DNA of 61,715 nt, filler included, from Thermodesulfobacteriota bacterium (GCA_036381125.1; 6 parts of 6 records of this genome joined end to end with filler, not necessarily neighbours in it), one strand, 5' to 3'. Counted from the whole stretch's first letter, positions 26,611 through 40,530 are shown. Numbers and translations: made by a program. The notes: a model not told the origin generated them from the letters alone.

Positions 26611-26665
26611 CCGACGGCACGCTCGAGATTCCGCTTCACCGATGGACGGACAGCAGGAGTCGCCG

Positions 26666-27058
26666 ATGGCGCGTCGACGCCGAAGCCCGCCCGCCCTGCT
26701 CACGCTCCACGACGCCGCCGCCGCGGTCGGCCTGAGCGTCCCGACCCTTCGGCGGCACATCCGATCGGGCCGGCTCCGGGCGGAGCGCATCCGGGGAAAG
26801 TACGGTCCCGAGTACCGCGTCGACGCGCGCGCGCTCGCCGTTCTCGGCCTCCCGGTCACGCTGCCGCCGCGTCGTTCACCCGCCATCGCTCCGCCCCGGC
26901 GGCATGCCGGCGTCGAGTCCGACGCGCTGGCGAGGCTGCTCGCCGAGCTTGGCGCACTGCGTCAGGAGCTGCGCGACCTCCGCAGGGCGCTCGCCGAACT
27001 CACCGCCAGGCTCCCCGGCGCAGAGCCGGGTCGATCCGGTCGCGCGCGACGACGGTAG
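26666..27058 (+). CDS. Excisionase/MerR-like HTH protein with C-terminal coiled coil
   Basis: AGGAG RBS; LTLHDAAAAVGLSVPTLRRHIRSGRLRA; heptad LAELGALRQELRDLRRALAEL. Confidence 0.75.
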   Translation: MARRRRSPPALLTLHDAAAAVGLSVPTLRRHIRSGRLRAERIRGKYGPEYRVDARALAVLGLPVTLPPRRSPAIAPPRRHAGVESDALARLLAELGALRQELRDLRRALAELTARLPGAEPGRSGRARRR

Positions 27059-27433
27059 CGCTCGCCCTTCCGGGAGACGGGGGGTTCGCCCCGCCTCGGG
27101 ACTTCGGTTCCCTCTTGTCAGCGGCGAGCGGCTCGATATAGAGTAGTTGCATGGCCAATCCGTGGTCACCCCTGCGCACCTCTGATCATGCCCGGCGGCT
27201 TCGAAACCCCGCTCCACGACGTGATCGGAGCGAAGGCCGCCTTCGGGAAGGCACGGTCGCACCGACGTAGACCGTTCGCCCGGCACGCGCGGTCACGCGA
27301 ACGCTCCTTGCGCGTTCGCCCGAACGTCGAGCCCGTCAGAGCCGCTCCGGTGAGCCGGAGGCGCCCCCTTCCCCGTGCGCCGTCACGTGCCTGGCAGGCT
27401 GACGCTCCCGTCGTCGAGAGGAGGACCTGGTCA

Positions 27434-28497
27434 GTGCGCATCTCGCGAGGCGCGACGGCAGCCGTCCTTCGAGGCTTCTTCGATCCGACGCCGGGCGCCG
27501 TCGCGCTGCTCGACGCGAGCGGCCGCATCGTGCTCGTCGACGACCGGCTGACGGAGCTGTTCGGCTACGCGAGGAGGGAACTCGTGGGCCTGCCGATCGA
27601 GACGCTGATCCCGGACCTCCGCCGACGATCGTCCCGGGCGCGCGTCCCGGCCCGCGCGCTCGAGCGCGCGGGCCGCCGCAAGGACGGCAGTCGGCTTGCC
27701 GTCCGGGTCGCCTTCCACCCGTTGCCGAGCGACGGCAAGCGCCTCGTCGTCTGCACCGTCGACGACATCGCCGGCCGCAAGTCCGCCGAGTCCGCCCTTC
27801 GCCTGCTGCTCGACGCGAGCCTCGCCCTCGGCGGGGCGCTCGACGCCGACGCGGCCGCCGAGGCGGTCGCGCGCGCGGCGGTCCCCGCGATGGCCGACTG
27901 GTGCGTGGTCGACCTCGTCGCAAGCGACGGGACGTTCCGCCGGGCGGCGGTCGCCCATGCCGATCCCGGCCTCGCCGCACTCGCCAGGCGGCTGCGCCGG
28001 TTCGCACCAGAGCCGAACCGGCCGCACGAGGCGCAAGCGGCGCTGCGGACCGGCGCCCCGCAGCTCGTCCCGACGCTCACCGATGCGTGGCTCGCCGCGC
28101 ACACCCGGGACGCCCGTCACCGCACGCTCCTCGCGGCCACCGGCGCCCGCTCCCTCATGTGCGTGCCGCTCGGGACGGAGGGCCGGACGCTCGGTGCGCT
28201 GACCTTCCTGGCTGCCGGATCGGGACGGCGCTACGAGGCGGCCGATCTCGCCGTGGCCGGCGCGCTCGCCCGGCAAGCCGCCCTCGCGATCGCGAGCGCG
28301 CAGGCGATCGGCGAGGCCCGAAAGGCGACCCGCCTGCACGAGGCCTTTCTCGCCCGCGCCGGTCACGAGCTGCGGATGCCGATCACCATCATCAAAGGCC
28401 ATCTGGCGCTCCTCGCGCAGCGGCTCGCGGCGCGCGGAGCCGACGGGCAACTCCAGGACCTGCTCGCCGTCGCGCGCCGCCACACCGATCGCATGGC
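27434..28497 (+). CDS. PAS-GAF sensor histidine kinase, 3' partial
   Basis: GTG after GAGGAGG; PAS (LFGYARRELVG, GRRKDGS), GAF (ADWCVVDL, SLMCVPL), H-box GHELRMP. Confidence 0.88.
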
Positions 28498-28597
28498 NNN
28501 NNNNNNNNNNNNNNNNNNNNNNNNNNNNNNNNNNNNNNNNNTTAATTAATTAANNNNNNNNNNNNNNNNNNNNNNNNNNNNNNNNNNNNNNNNNNNN
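28498..28597. other. Artificial contig linker
   Basis: N-run, TTAATTAATTAA (stops in all frames), N-run. Confidence 0.98.
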
Positions 28598-28598
28598 C

Positions 28599-28726
28599 CG
28601 GGAGCGAGAGGTCGCCCTGGCGGCGGGGCTGCCGGCGATGGCACTGGGCGACCGGCCGCGACGGCCGGTCTCTCGCGGCGCCGCGCCTCGTCGCGCGCAT
28701 CGTCGCCGCGTTGAAGGAGGACGGGC

Positions 28727-28730
<4 letters not shown>
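28599..28730 (+). CDS. 3' end of an upstream gene, possibly YbeY
   Basis: Open frame REREVALAAG... ending in an ATGA overlap with corC; ybeY-corC-lnt is a common gene order. Confidence 0.4.
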
Positions 28731-29736
<1,006 letters not shown>

Positions 29737-29740
<4 letters not shown>

Positions 29741-31335
29741 CGTCCCGGCTCCGGACGGTCCCGCCCGGGGCGGTGGCGTCCGGATTGCTCCTCACCGCGG
29801 CCCTCCCGGACTGGAACCTCTGGCCGCTCGCCTTCGTCGCGTTCGTGCCGCTGCTCGCGGCGCTCGAAGGCCGGGGGCCGGCCGAGGCGGCCCGCATCGG
29901 GTTTGCCGCCGGGCTCGTCCACGCCGCCACGACCGTCTACTGGGTCGCCTACACCATGAGGGTCTACGGCGGGCTGCCGTGGGTCGTCGGCGCCGCGGTG
30001 ATGCTGCTGCTCGCCAGCTACATGGCGGCCTACCCCGCGGTCTGGGCCGCCGGGCTGGCCTACGCCGGCGGCGGCAAGGCCCCGCTGCCGGTCCCGGCGC
30101 TCGTGCTCGCCGTCCCGCTCTGGGTCGGCCTCGAGTGGCTGCGCAGCTGGCTGCTCACCGGGTTCCCCTGGATGCTCCTCGGCTACTCGCAGTACCGGCA
30201 GCTCACGCTGATCCAGGTCTCGGACCTCGGCGGGGTGTACGTGGTGTCGGCGCTCCTGGTCGCGGCGAACGTGGCCCTCTACGGGCTCGTGCGCGCCCGC
30301 GCCTCGGGCGCGTGGCGCCCGGCCGCCGCGCTCGCAGCCGGGGCGGCGCTGGCGCTCGGCGCCGGCCTCGCGTACGGCGCCGCGCGCCTGGCCGCCCTCG
30401 AGTCGGCCGGGCCCGCAGCGGCGCGGACGCTCGAGGTCGGCGTCGTCCAGGGCAACGTGCCGCAGGACCGGAAGTGGGACCCGGCATTCCAGGCGGAGAC
30501 GGTCGAGGCCTACCGCAGCCTCACCATGGAGGTGGCCGGGCGGGGTGCGCGCCTCGTCGTCTGGCCGGAGACGGCGGTCCCGGCGTTCTTCCAGCGCGAT
30601 CCCCGGATCAGGCCGGCGGTGCTCGACACCGCCAGGCGCGCGGGTGTCGATCTGGTCTTCGGCGCGCCGTCGGCCGAGATGCGGCCCCCGCGGACGCCCG
30701 AGGGCGAGCCGCGCGTGGTGCTCTTCAACTCGGCCTACGTCGTCGGGGCGGCGGGGCAGGTGAAGGGGCGCTACGACAAGCAGCACCTGGTGCCCTTCGG
30801 CGAGTACGTGCCGCTCTCCGGGCTGCTCTTCTTCGTCAACAAGCTGGCTCAGGGGATCGGCGACTTCGAGGCGGGGAGGGGCATGCCGCCGATCGAGGCG
30901 GCGGGGGCCCGCCTCGGGATCCTGATCTGCTACGAGGCGATCTTCCCCGACCTCGCCAGGCGCATGGTGGCCGACGGCGCCCAGGTGCTCGTCAACATCA
31001 CCAACGACGCCTGGTTCGGGCGGACGGCCGCCCCCGAGCAGCACCTCGCCCAGGCGGTCCTCAGGGCCGTCGAGCTGAAGCGCCCGCTGGTGCGCGCCGC
31101 CAACACCGGCATCTCGGCCATCGTCGCCCCGTCGGGTCGCGTCGGCCCCGTCCTGGGGCTCTTTACCCGAGGCGCCCTGACTGGTAGTATCGCCGTCCCG
31201 CAGCCCGATGCCGGCGCCTCGACGCTGTACGCGCGGACCGGCGACCGCTTTGCCCAGCTCTGCGCCCTCGCGGCCGGGATCGCGCTCTTCCTGACCGCGC
31301 GCCGCCGCCGAGGCGAGGCGGCGGCCCGGCGATGA
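29737..31335 (+). CDS. lnt: Apolipoprotein N-acyltransferase
   Basis: GTG start; TGFPW, VQGNV, WPETA, YDKQHLVPFGEY, ICYE, NDAWFG, RAANTGIS. Confidence 0.95.
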
Positions 31336-31359
31336 GCCGTTGCAAGGAGATTGGTCGAC

Positions 31360-32470
31360 ATGCTTCCGGAAGCCCGACAGGCGCTCGACGCGGTTACGGC
31401 GCGGCTCGGCCGCCTCAGGGGGTATCTTTGACCTGGAGGGCAAGCGAGCCCGCATCGACGCGCTGGACCGCCTGATCAACGCCCCGACGTTCTGGGACGA
31501 CCGCGAGGCGGCCGAGAAGGTGCTGCGCGAGCGGAGCGCGGCCCAGGCCGACCTCGAGGCCTACGAGCGCCTCGAGCGCGAGCGGGCCGAGGCCGAGGGG
31601 CTCCTCGAGATGGCCGAGGAGGAAGGGGACGAGGCGGTCGCCAGGGACCTGACCGGTACCCTGGCCAGGCTCGACGAGCAGGTCCGGGAGCTGGAGGTCG
31701 CCCGCGTCCTGTCGGGCGAGCACGACAACAAGCCGGCCATCGTCACCATCCACCCCGGCGCCGGCGGCACCGAGAGCCAGGACTGGGCGGAGATGCTGCT
31801 GCGCATGTACCTCCGCCACTGCGAGCGCCGGGGGTGGAAGACCGAGATCCTCGACTACCAGGCGGGCGAGGAGGCGGGGATCAAGACCGTCACCTTCGTG
31901 GTCCGCGGCCCGTACGCCTACGGCTACCTCAAGGCCGAGGCCGGCGTCCACCGCCTGGTGCGCATCTCGCCGTTCGACGCCTCCGCCCGGCGGCACACCT
32001 CCTTCGCCTCGGTCTTCGTCTTCCCCGAGCTGGACGACGAGATCGTCGTCGACATCGACGAGAAGGACCTCCGGATCGACACCTACCGGTCGAGCGGCGC
32101 GGGCGGGCAGCACGTCAACAAGACCGACTCCGCGGTCCGCATCACGCACCTGCCGACCGGCATCGTGGTGGCCTGCCAGAACGAGCGCAGCCAGCACAAG
32201 AACCGGGCCATGGCCTTCAAGATCCTCCGGGCGCGCCTCTACGAGTACGAGCGCCAGAAGCAGTCGGAGAAGATGGAGGCGCTCCATTCGTCCAAGAAGG
32301 AGATCGGCTTCGGCAGCCAGATCCGGTCCTACGTGCTGCAGCCCTACCGGCTCGTGAAGGACCACCGGACCGGCCTCGAGGTCGGCAACGTGGACGCCGT
32401 CCTCGACGGCGACATCGGCCCCTTCATCGACGCCTATCTGCTCGGTGCAGCCGACGCTCGGCGGTCGTGA
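31360..32470 (+). CDS. prfB: Peptide chain release factor 2 with programmed +1 frameshift
   Basis: ATG 31360 gives 23 codons to CTT-TGA; the +1 frame continues with SPF and GGQ motifs. Confidence 0.96.
31417..31432 (+). promoter_or_regulatory. RF2 frameshift cassette
   Basis: AGGGGG-TAT-CTT-TGA-C. Confidence 0.96.
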
Positions 32471-32541
32471 GGGGCGTTCGGAGCCGCGGCGTCCGCGAAT
32501 GGGCAAGGCGCGAAAATCCCAGTCGTGACGCAGAGATCGTC

Positions 32542-32571
32542 TTGACTGGCCGACAACCGCCCGTCTATACT
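32542..32571 (+). promoter_or_regulatory. Sigma-70 promoter of lysS
   Basis: TTGACT-N18-TATACT. Confidence 0.7.
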
Positions 32572-32615
32572 TCGTCGATTTTTTCGCCGTGTGCTCACGG
32601 AGGCTTCCGTCCGCC

Positions 32616-33202
32616 ATGTCCCTCGCCAAAGAGCGCCTCGAGACGTTGCGGCGCCTGCGCGAGGCGGGCATCGATCCGTACCCCAACGACTTCAAGCCGA
32701 CGCACACGAGCGCCGAGCTGCGCGCGCAGTTCCCCGAGGGGGAGCCGGCCGGCGGCGCCGAGACCGAGACGACCTACGCGGTCGCCGGCCGCGTCGTCGC
32801 GCGCCGCAGCTTCGGCAAGGCCACCTTCGTCACGCTGCAGGACCGGGCCGGCCGGATCCAGGCCCATCTGAGGAAGGACGTCCTCGGCGACGAGGGGTAC
32901 GGCCTCCTCGACTTCCTCGACCTCGGCGACTTCCTCGGCGTGGTCGGCCCGGTCTTCCGCACGAGGACGGGCGAGCTGACGGTCAAGGCCGAGCAGGCGC
33001 GGCTCGTCGCCAAGGCGCTCCGGCCGCTGCCGGAGAAGTGGCACGGGCTCCAGGACGTCGAAATCCGGTACCGCCAGCGCTATCTCGATCTGATCGTCAA
33101 CCCCGATTCCCGGCGGGTGTTCGAGACCCGGAGCCGCGTGCTGGCGGCGCTGCGCGCTTTCCTGAACGCGCGCGGGTACCTCGAGGTCGAGACGCCGATG
33201 AT
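32616..33202 (+). CDS. lysS: Lysine-tRNA ligase (class II), 3' partial
   Basis: GIDPYP, RSFGKATF, LRPLPEKWHGL, RYRQRYLDL, LEVETPM. Confidence 0.96.
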
Positions 33203-33302
33203 NNNNNNNNNNNNNNNNNNNNNNNNNNNNNNNNNNNNNNNNNNNNTTAATTAATTAANNNNNNNNNNNNNNNNNNNNNNNNNNNNNNNNNNNNNNNNNN
33301 NN
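33203..33302. other. Artificial contig linker
   Basis: N-run with TTAATTAATTAA. Confidence 0.98.
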
Positions 33303-34384
33303 GCCGTCAGCACGGCACCGCGCGCCGCGAGGGCGGCGCGCTCGAGGATTGCGGCGAGCTCGGACACGTTCCCCGGCCAGGCCTGGACCGCGAGCCAGGC
33401 GGCGGCGTCGGGAGCGAGGGTGTCGGCCTGGCTGCCGACGCGCGCCGAGATGCGCGCGAGGAGCCCGCCGGCGAGCGGCACGATCTCGTCGCGCCGCTCG
33501 CGCAGCGGCGAGAGGTGGAGCGTGCGGGGCGCGAGGCGCTCGTAGAGGTCGGGCCGGAAGCCGCCCCGCCTCGCCCGCGTCGAGAGGTCGCGGTCGGTGG
33601 TGGCGATGACGCGCGGCGGGCGCGGCGGCGCGCCGGGGTCGGCCGGCCGTCCGGCGGCTGCCTCGAGGGCGTCGAGCATGCGGATCAGCTCGCGCTGCAC
33701 GACGGCGGAGGCGGCCCACACCTGGGCCACGACGAGCGTGCCGCCCGCGGCCTCGTCGGCGAGGCCGCCCGCCCTGAGCAGCTCCGCCTCCTGCTGCGCG
33801 TGGTCGAGCGCCGCGCAGCGGAGCGTCCGTACCGGCGCCTCGCGCCGGGGGCCGGCGGCGTGCATGGCGCGGGCGAGCGTGACCTTGCCGGTGCCGGCCT
33901 CGCCGACGACGAGCACCGGCAGGTCGCTCGCCGCCATCCGCTCCGCCTCGCGGTAGACCGATGCGGTGGCCGGCCCGGGGGCGAGGAACGGTTCGATCGG
34001 CTCGGCGCGACGGGTCTTGATGCGCTCGAGGGCCCGCTCCACCATCGAGCCGAGCTGCGGCAGGGGAAAGGGCTTCTGGAGGTAGTCGAAGGCGCCGAGC
34101 TTCATGGCGTGCACGGCCGACTCGACGGTCGCGAAGCCGGTCATGAGGAGGATCTCGGCCCGGGGGCAGCGCTGCCTGGTCGCCTCGATGACCTCGATGC
34201 CGGACAGGCCCGGCATCCGCAGGTCGGTGACGACGACGTCGACCGGAGCCCGCTCGAGCTGGGTCATCGCCTCGGCGCCGGAGTCGGCAGTTGCGACCTC
34301 GAGCCCGACCTGTTCGGTCAGGTACCGCTGTACGACCGTCCTGACGGCTGGATCGTCGTCGATCACCAGGACCCGGTATCCCAT
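33303..34384 (-). CDS. NtrC-like response regulator with degenerate AAA+ domain, 3' partial
   Basis: REC (VIDDD, TDLRMP, KPF); GEAGTGK, FRPDLYERL, WPGNVSEL; no GAFTGA. Confidence 0.85.
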
Positions 34385-34426
34385 CGCGCCTCCGTCAGGC
34401 CCCCGCTCGGGGGGCGAGCGGGCGGG

Positions 34427-34456
34427 ATCATATGTAAGGCCCGCGGGCCATGTCAA
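34427..34456 (-). promoter_or_regulatory. Sigma-70 promoter of the response regulator
   Basis: Minus strand TTGACA-N18-TATGAT. Confidence 0.7.
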
Positions 34457-34543
34457 GGAAAACGCTTCCCGATCGCGCCCGGACCGGGCGGAGCACACGG
34501 TTCTACTGACCGAATTTCGGTCCGAGTCCCGCGTCATATTCGC

Positions 34544-34572
34544 TTGACAGCGCTCGTGAAGGAGCGTACAAA
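34544..34572 (+). promoter_or_regulatory. Possible sigma-70 promoter of the sigma factor gene
   Basis: TTGACA-N17-TACAAA. Confidence 0.5.
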
Positions 34573-34838
34573 CGGTGACTACCCCGCCACGAAGCCAGGC
34601 ATCTGGACCGCGAGTCCGGCTGACGACAGACGAGAACCCTTGGGAGCGCGCGTCCGTGCGGCAACGGGGGCCTGGGCGCCCGGCCGCGCGAAGGCCGGCG
34701 CTCGGGCGCGAGTTGCGGGGAAGACGGTTTTCCCCGTAGAGACGCGGGTTTTTGCACACGTTGTGACGGGCGTCACGCAGTTCCCTGTCGGGACGCTGCA
34801 CCATTCACGTCGACGCGAGGGATGGGCGAAGGGGACCG

Positions 34839-36224
34839 ATGACGATCATCAAGGACACCGTCGAGGCGGAACAGCACTGGGGTGCCCTCGAAGAGGAAGA
34901 GCTCGAGGAGCTGCTCCCGGCCGAGGAGCCCGAGGAAGAGCCGGCCGAAGAGGCCGAGGCCGTTCCCGAGGTCGACCGGTCCGACCCCGCCCAGGCGTAC
35001 CTGCGCGAGATGGGGGCCATTCCGCTCCTCAAGCCTGACGAGGAGGTCCGGCTCGCCTCGACGATCCGCGACGGGCGCGACGGCATCATCCGCACGCTCT
35101 CCGAGAGCGGGATCGGCGTCCGGCACATCCTGCGCCGGGCCCGCCAGGTGGACCTCGGGCTGGTCTCCTTCGACGCGGTTTTCGGGCGCGACGACGACGG
35201 CGAGGACTCGCCCCAGGCCGACCCCGAGGCCATCAAGAAGACCATCGCGCGGCTGCGCCGCCTGGCGAAGCGTCCGGATCGCTACAGCGCCGCGATCAGC
35301 CGGACCGCAGGGGAGGTGCCGCTGGCCGAACGGGAGGCCGAACGCTTCGTGAAGCGGCTGCACCGGCTCGCCCGCAGGATGGGCGACCCCGGCCGCAAGC
35401 CGCGCAAGCGCGCCCTCAAGGCGGCCGCCCTCGTCGACCTCAAGCCGGCCGAGCTGCGGCAGCTCTCGCAGCGCATCGCCGCCGAGGAGGCGCGGGTGCG
35501 CGAGGCGAAGGACGCCATGGCGAAGGCCAACCTCCGCCTGGTGGTCTCCATCGCCAAGCGCTACCTGTCGTCCCGGCTCTCCTTCCTGGACCTCATCCAG
35601 GAGGGGAACATCGGCCTGATGCGGGCCATCGAGAAGTTCGACCACCGACGCGGCTACAAGTTCTCCACGTACGCCACCTGGTGGATCCGGCAGGCCATCG
35701 TGCGGGCCATCGTGAACCAGGGGCGGACCATTCGCCTCCCGGTCCACATGGCCGAGGCGGCCGGCCGCCTCGGCCGCACCGCCCGGGCGCTCAGGCAGGA
35801 GCAGGGGCGCGAGCCGACGCCCGAGGAGCTGGGGCAGGCCCTCAAGCTGCCGGCCGACCGCGTCCTCGACATCATCCGGAGCGAGCGGACGATGGCCTCG
35901 CTCGACGCGCCGGTCGGCGAGAGCGGCGAGAGCCGGCTCGGCGACCTCATCCGCGACTCGCGTGCGGTCGCGCCGACCGACCTGATCGCCGAGCGCGACC
36001 TGTCGGACCAGCTCCGCAAGGCGCTGGCGACGCTGACGCCGCGCGAGGAGCAGGTGCTGCGCATGCGGTTCGGCCTGGGGCCCGAGCCGGAGCACACGCT
36101 CGAGGAGGCGGGCCGCCGCCTCAACGTGACGCGCGAGCGGGTCCGGCAGATCGAGGCCAAGGCGCTCGAGAAGCTGCGCCGTCCCGGATTCCGCCGCCGG
36201 CTCGAGGGGTTCGTCGAGAGCTAG
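34839..36224 (+). CDS. RpoD/RpoS-family sigma-70 factor
   Basis: Region 1.2 [58 protein letters not shown]. Confidence 0.93.
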   Translation: MTIIKDTVEAEQHWGALEEEELEELLPAEEPEEEPAEEAEAVPEVDRSDPAQAYLREMGAIPLLKPDEEVRLASTIRDGRDGIIRTLSESGIGVRHILRRARQVDLGLVSFDAVFGRDDDGEDSPQADPEAIKKTIARLRRLAKRPDRYSAAISRTAGEVPLAEREAERFVKRLHRLARRMGDPGRKPRKRALKAAALVDLKPAELRQLSQRIAAEEARVREAKDAMAKANLRLVVSIAKRYLSSRLSFLDLIQEGNIGLMRAIEKFDHRRGYKFSTYATWWIRQAIVRAIVNQGRTIRLPVHMAEAAGRLGRTARALRQEQGREPTPEELGQALKLPADRVLDIIRSERTMASLDAPVGESGESRLGDLIRDSRAVAPTDLIAERDLSDQLRKALATLTPREEQVLRMRFGLGPEPEHTLEEAGRRLNVTRERVRQIEAKALEKLRRPGFRRRLEGFVES

Positions 36225-36247
36225 GGCGGGGCGCCCGTGAATCACAG

Positions 36248-36286
36248 GGGCCCGGCAGGCGTAGCCTGCCGGGCCCGTTGCGTTTT
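36248..36286 (+). terminator. Probable intrinsic terminator after the sigma gene
   Basis: 13-bp perfect stem GGGCCCGGCAGGC-GTA-GCCTGCCGGGCCC, then GTTGCGTTTT. Confidence 0.65.
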
Positions 36287-36300
36287 CGGGACCGGAGGGG

Positions 36301-36445
36301 ATGACGCGCTACGACGCCGTCGTGGTGGGCTCCGGCCCGAACGGTCTCGCCGCTGCCGTGACGCTGGCCCGCGCCGGACGCTCGGTGCTCGTGCTCGAGG
36401 GGCGCGAGACGATCGGCGGCGCCTGCCGGTCGGCCGCGCTGACGC
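36301..36445 (+). CDS. FAD-dependent oxidoreductase (phytoene dehydrogenase-like), 3' partial
   Basis: [23 protein letters not shown]. Confidence 0.8.
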
Positions 36446-36545
36446 NNNNNNNNNNNNNNNNNNNNNNNNNNNNNNNNNNNNNNNNNNNNTTAATTAATTA
36501 ANNNNNNNNNNNNNNNNNNNNNNNNNNNNNNNNNNNNNNNNNNNN
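36446..36545. other. Artificial contig linker
   Basis: N-run with TTAATTAATTAA. Confidence 0.98.
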
Positions 36546-36588
36546 CGCGCACCCGGCGCGCCCGTCGGCCCCTCGCCGGCCGTGGTCC

Positions 36589-38457
<1,869 letters not shown>

Positions 38458-38472
38458 GCCCCCGATTCTAGC

Positions 38473-40530
38473 CTATTCGGCGCGGACGATGGGTACGAGG
38501 AGGGTGTCGCCGACGCGTACGGCCGACAGGTCGCGTCCTTCGTTCGCTTGCTCGAGGAGCCAGAACGGGATGCCGTTGGTCTCGGCGAGGCGCCAGGGGG
38601 TCTCGCCCGCCTCGAGGCGATGGGGCCTGGTGCCGACGACGTCGAGCGTCCGCTCGGCGCGAGCGCGCAGCTCCTCGTGATAGGCCCGGCGCCGCGCCTC
38701 GAAGGTCTCCGGGTCGACGCGCGCCGCCGAGACGCTCACGCTGCGACCGACCCGCAGCACCTGGTCGGGCGCGAGGCCGTTGCGGGCGCGGAACGCGTCG
38801 ATCGGCTCCTCGCTCCACGCGGCGAGCCGCCAGACGGTTTCGCCGCCGCGCACGACCGTGTGGAAGATCGGCTCCCCGGCGGACGAGACGGCGGGCTGCA
38901 CGCGGGACCCCGGCTGCACCAGGCCGTCGTCCCCGGCCCCGGCGACCGGAGCCGTCGCGTTCGCCTCGGCCGCCTCCACGGCCGCGTCGAGGAGCCGGTC
39001 GCCCGACGCCTCGGGCGGCCGCGCGGCGAGCGCACCGGCGGCCGGCTCGCCGTCGTCCGGCGACGCGGCGTCGCCGCCGCCGGCCAGGAAGAGGGCGAGC
39101 GCCTCCTCCTCGGCCGCCATGAGCTGCGCCCGATAGATCTCGGGGTCGAGGCGGGGAGCCGGCGGCGTCGGCGGCTCGGCGCGCGGCGCCGCCTCGGTAC
39201 GGGCGACGGCGCGCGGGGTCGCGGTCGACCCGATGGCGGCGGCCCGCAGCGCAGGCGGCTCCACGACCGGCGCCGTGGCGGCGGCCACGGCGGCCCGCGG
39301 CCGCCAGCCGGGTCGCACCCGGAACTTCGCCGCCACGAGGCGCGCGCGGCGGTCGGCCGGCACGCGGATCGCGTACCCCTTCGGGAGCGCGTGCCGGCCG
39401 CGCAGGGCGCGCTCGGTGAGGCCGGGGTTGAGGGCGCGGATGGTCGCGAGGTCGACCTTCGCCCGGCGCGCGAGGTCGGACACCGTGGTGCGCCCCGGCA
39501 TGGCGACGAGGTCGTAGAGGTAGGGCTCCTCCCGCTCGATCGAGCCGAAGTAGCGCGTCGCGTTGCGCTCGACGTGGAGCGCCGCCAGGAACTCCGCGTA
39601 GAAGTTGCGCGACGCGAAGCCGAACGCGGGCCCGCGGTATTCGCGGACGATGCGGCCGATGTCGCGCGAGCCGATCTCGGCGACGGCGCGCAGCATCCCG
39701 TACTTGCCGTGGTTGTAGGCCGTGATGGCCAGCGGCCAGGACTTCAGCGCGGCGTGGTTGTCGGCCAGCAGGCGCGCGGCCGCGCGGGCGGCGAGGATCG
39801 GGTCGTTGCGCTCGTCGACGAGGTGGTCGATCCTCAGGTACTGCCGGCCCGTCGACCGGATGAACTGCCAGACGCCCGACGCGCCGGCCGACGAGCGCGC
39901 GTCGAGGTCGAACATCGACTCGACGAAGGGCAGCCGCGTCAACTCGATCGGCACGCCCTCCTGCACGAAGACCTGCTCGATCTCGGGCAGGTAGCGCGAC
40001 GCGACGCGCAGTCCCGCGACGAAGCGGTCCTTCTGACCGGTCTGGGCGCGCACCCGGTCGACCGCGTCGAGGAAGCGCGCGGCCGGGACCCGGCCGCCGT
40101 CGTCGGAGAAGAGCTCGAAGATGCGCCGCTGCTCGGCGGTGAGGCGCTCGGGGCGGTCGGCGTGGCGCGCGATGTCGCGCAGGAGGTTGCGGATCCGCTC
40201 CTTCTCGAGCTCCTCGGCGTTGGCGCGCGTGCTGCGGCGCTGCCAGTCGCTGAGCGGCGAGCGGGCCAGCTCCGAGAAGTCGAGGACGCCGTAGACGACG
40301 TCGAGCCGCTCGTTGTCGTGGATGATCGTCTGATCGCTCGTGTATCGCGCGAAGACGTCGATCCAGAACGTGACCGCCGGCCGGATCTCGGAGGGGATCG
40401 GGAAGAGCTGCGCGGCCCGCGAGACCGCGGCCGCGGCCGGGCGGGGGGCGAGGAGGCAGGCCGCGAGCCAGGGGATCGCGAGGGCGAGCGCGAGGGCCGC
40501 ACGCCTCAGGGGTGTTGCCGCGCTGCCCAT
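38473..40530 (-). CDS. Lytic transglycosylase (MltD-like) with LysM domains
   Basis: Signal peptide; LPFVES, GVWQF, AITAYNHG, ASRNFY; Ala/Pro-rich linker; LysM-like VVRGGETVW, AGETPW. Confidence 0.88.
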   Translation of the reverse strand: MGSAATPLRRAALALALAIPWLAACLLAPRPAAAAVSRAAQLFPIPSEIRPAVTFWIDVFARYTSDQTIIHDNERLDVVYGVLDFSELARSPLSDWQRRSTRANAEELEKERIRNLLRDIARHADRPERLTAEQRRIFELFSDDGGRVPAARFLDAVDRVRAQTGQKDRFVAGLRVASRYLPEIEQVFVQEGVPIELTRLPFVESMFDLDARSSAGASGVWQFIRSTGRQYLRIDHLVDERNDPILAARAAARLLADNHAALKSWPLAITAYNHGKYGMLRAVAEIGSRDIGRIVREYRGPAFGFASRNFYAEFLAALHVERNATRYFGSIEREEPYLYDLVAMPGRTTVSDLARRAKVDLATIRALNPGLTERALRGRHALPKGYAIRVPADRRARLVAAKFRVRPGWRPRAAVAAATAPVVEPPALRAAAIGSTATPRAVARTEAAPRAEPPTPPAPRLDPEIYRAQLMAAEEEALALFLAGGGDAASPDDGEPAAGALAARPPEASGDRLLDAAVEAAEANATAPVAGAGDDGLVQPGSRVQPAVSSAGEPIFHTVVRGGETVWRLAAWSEEPIDAFRARNGLAPDQVLRVGRSVSVSAARVDPETFEARRRAYHEELRARAERTLDVVGTRPHRLEAGETPWRLAETNGIPFWLLEQANEGRDLSAVRVGDTLLVPIVRAE

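Noticed and set aside
26666-27058. Excisionase marking an integrative element
   Set aside because: No integrase, att site, tRNA or transposase is visible in the contig
34585-34640. CTGACGA next to small hairpins, resembling a hammerhead core or GEMM riboswitch
   Set aside because: No GAAA with viable stems II/III and no GEMM consensus
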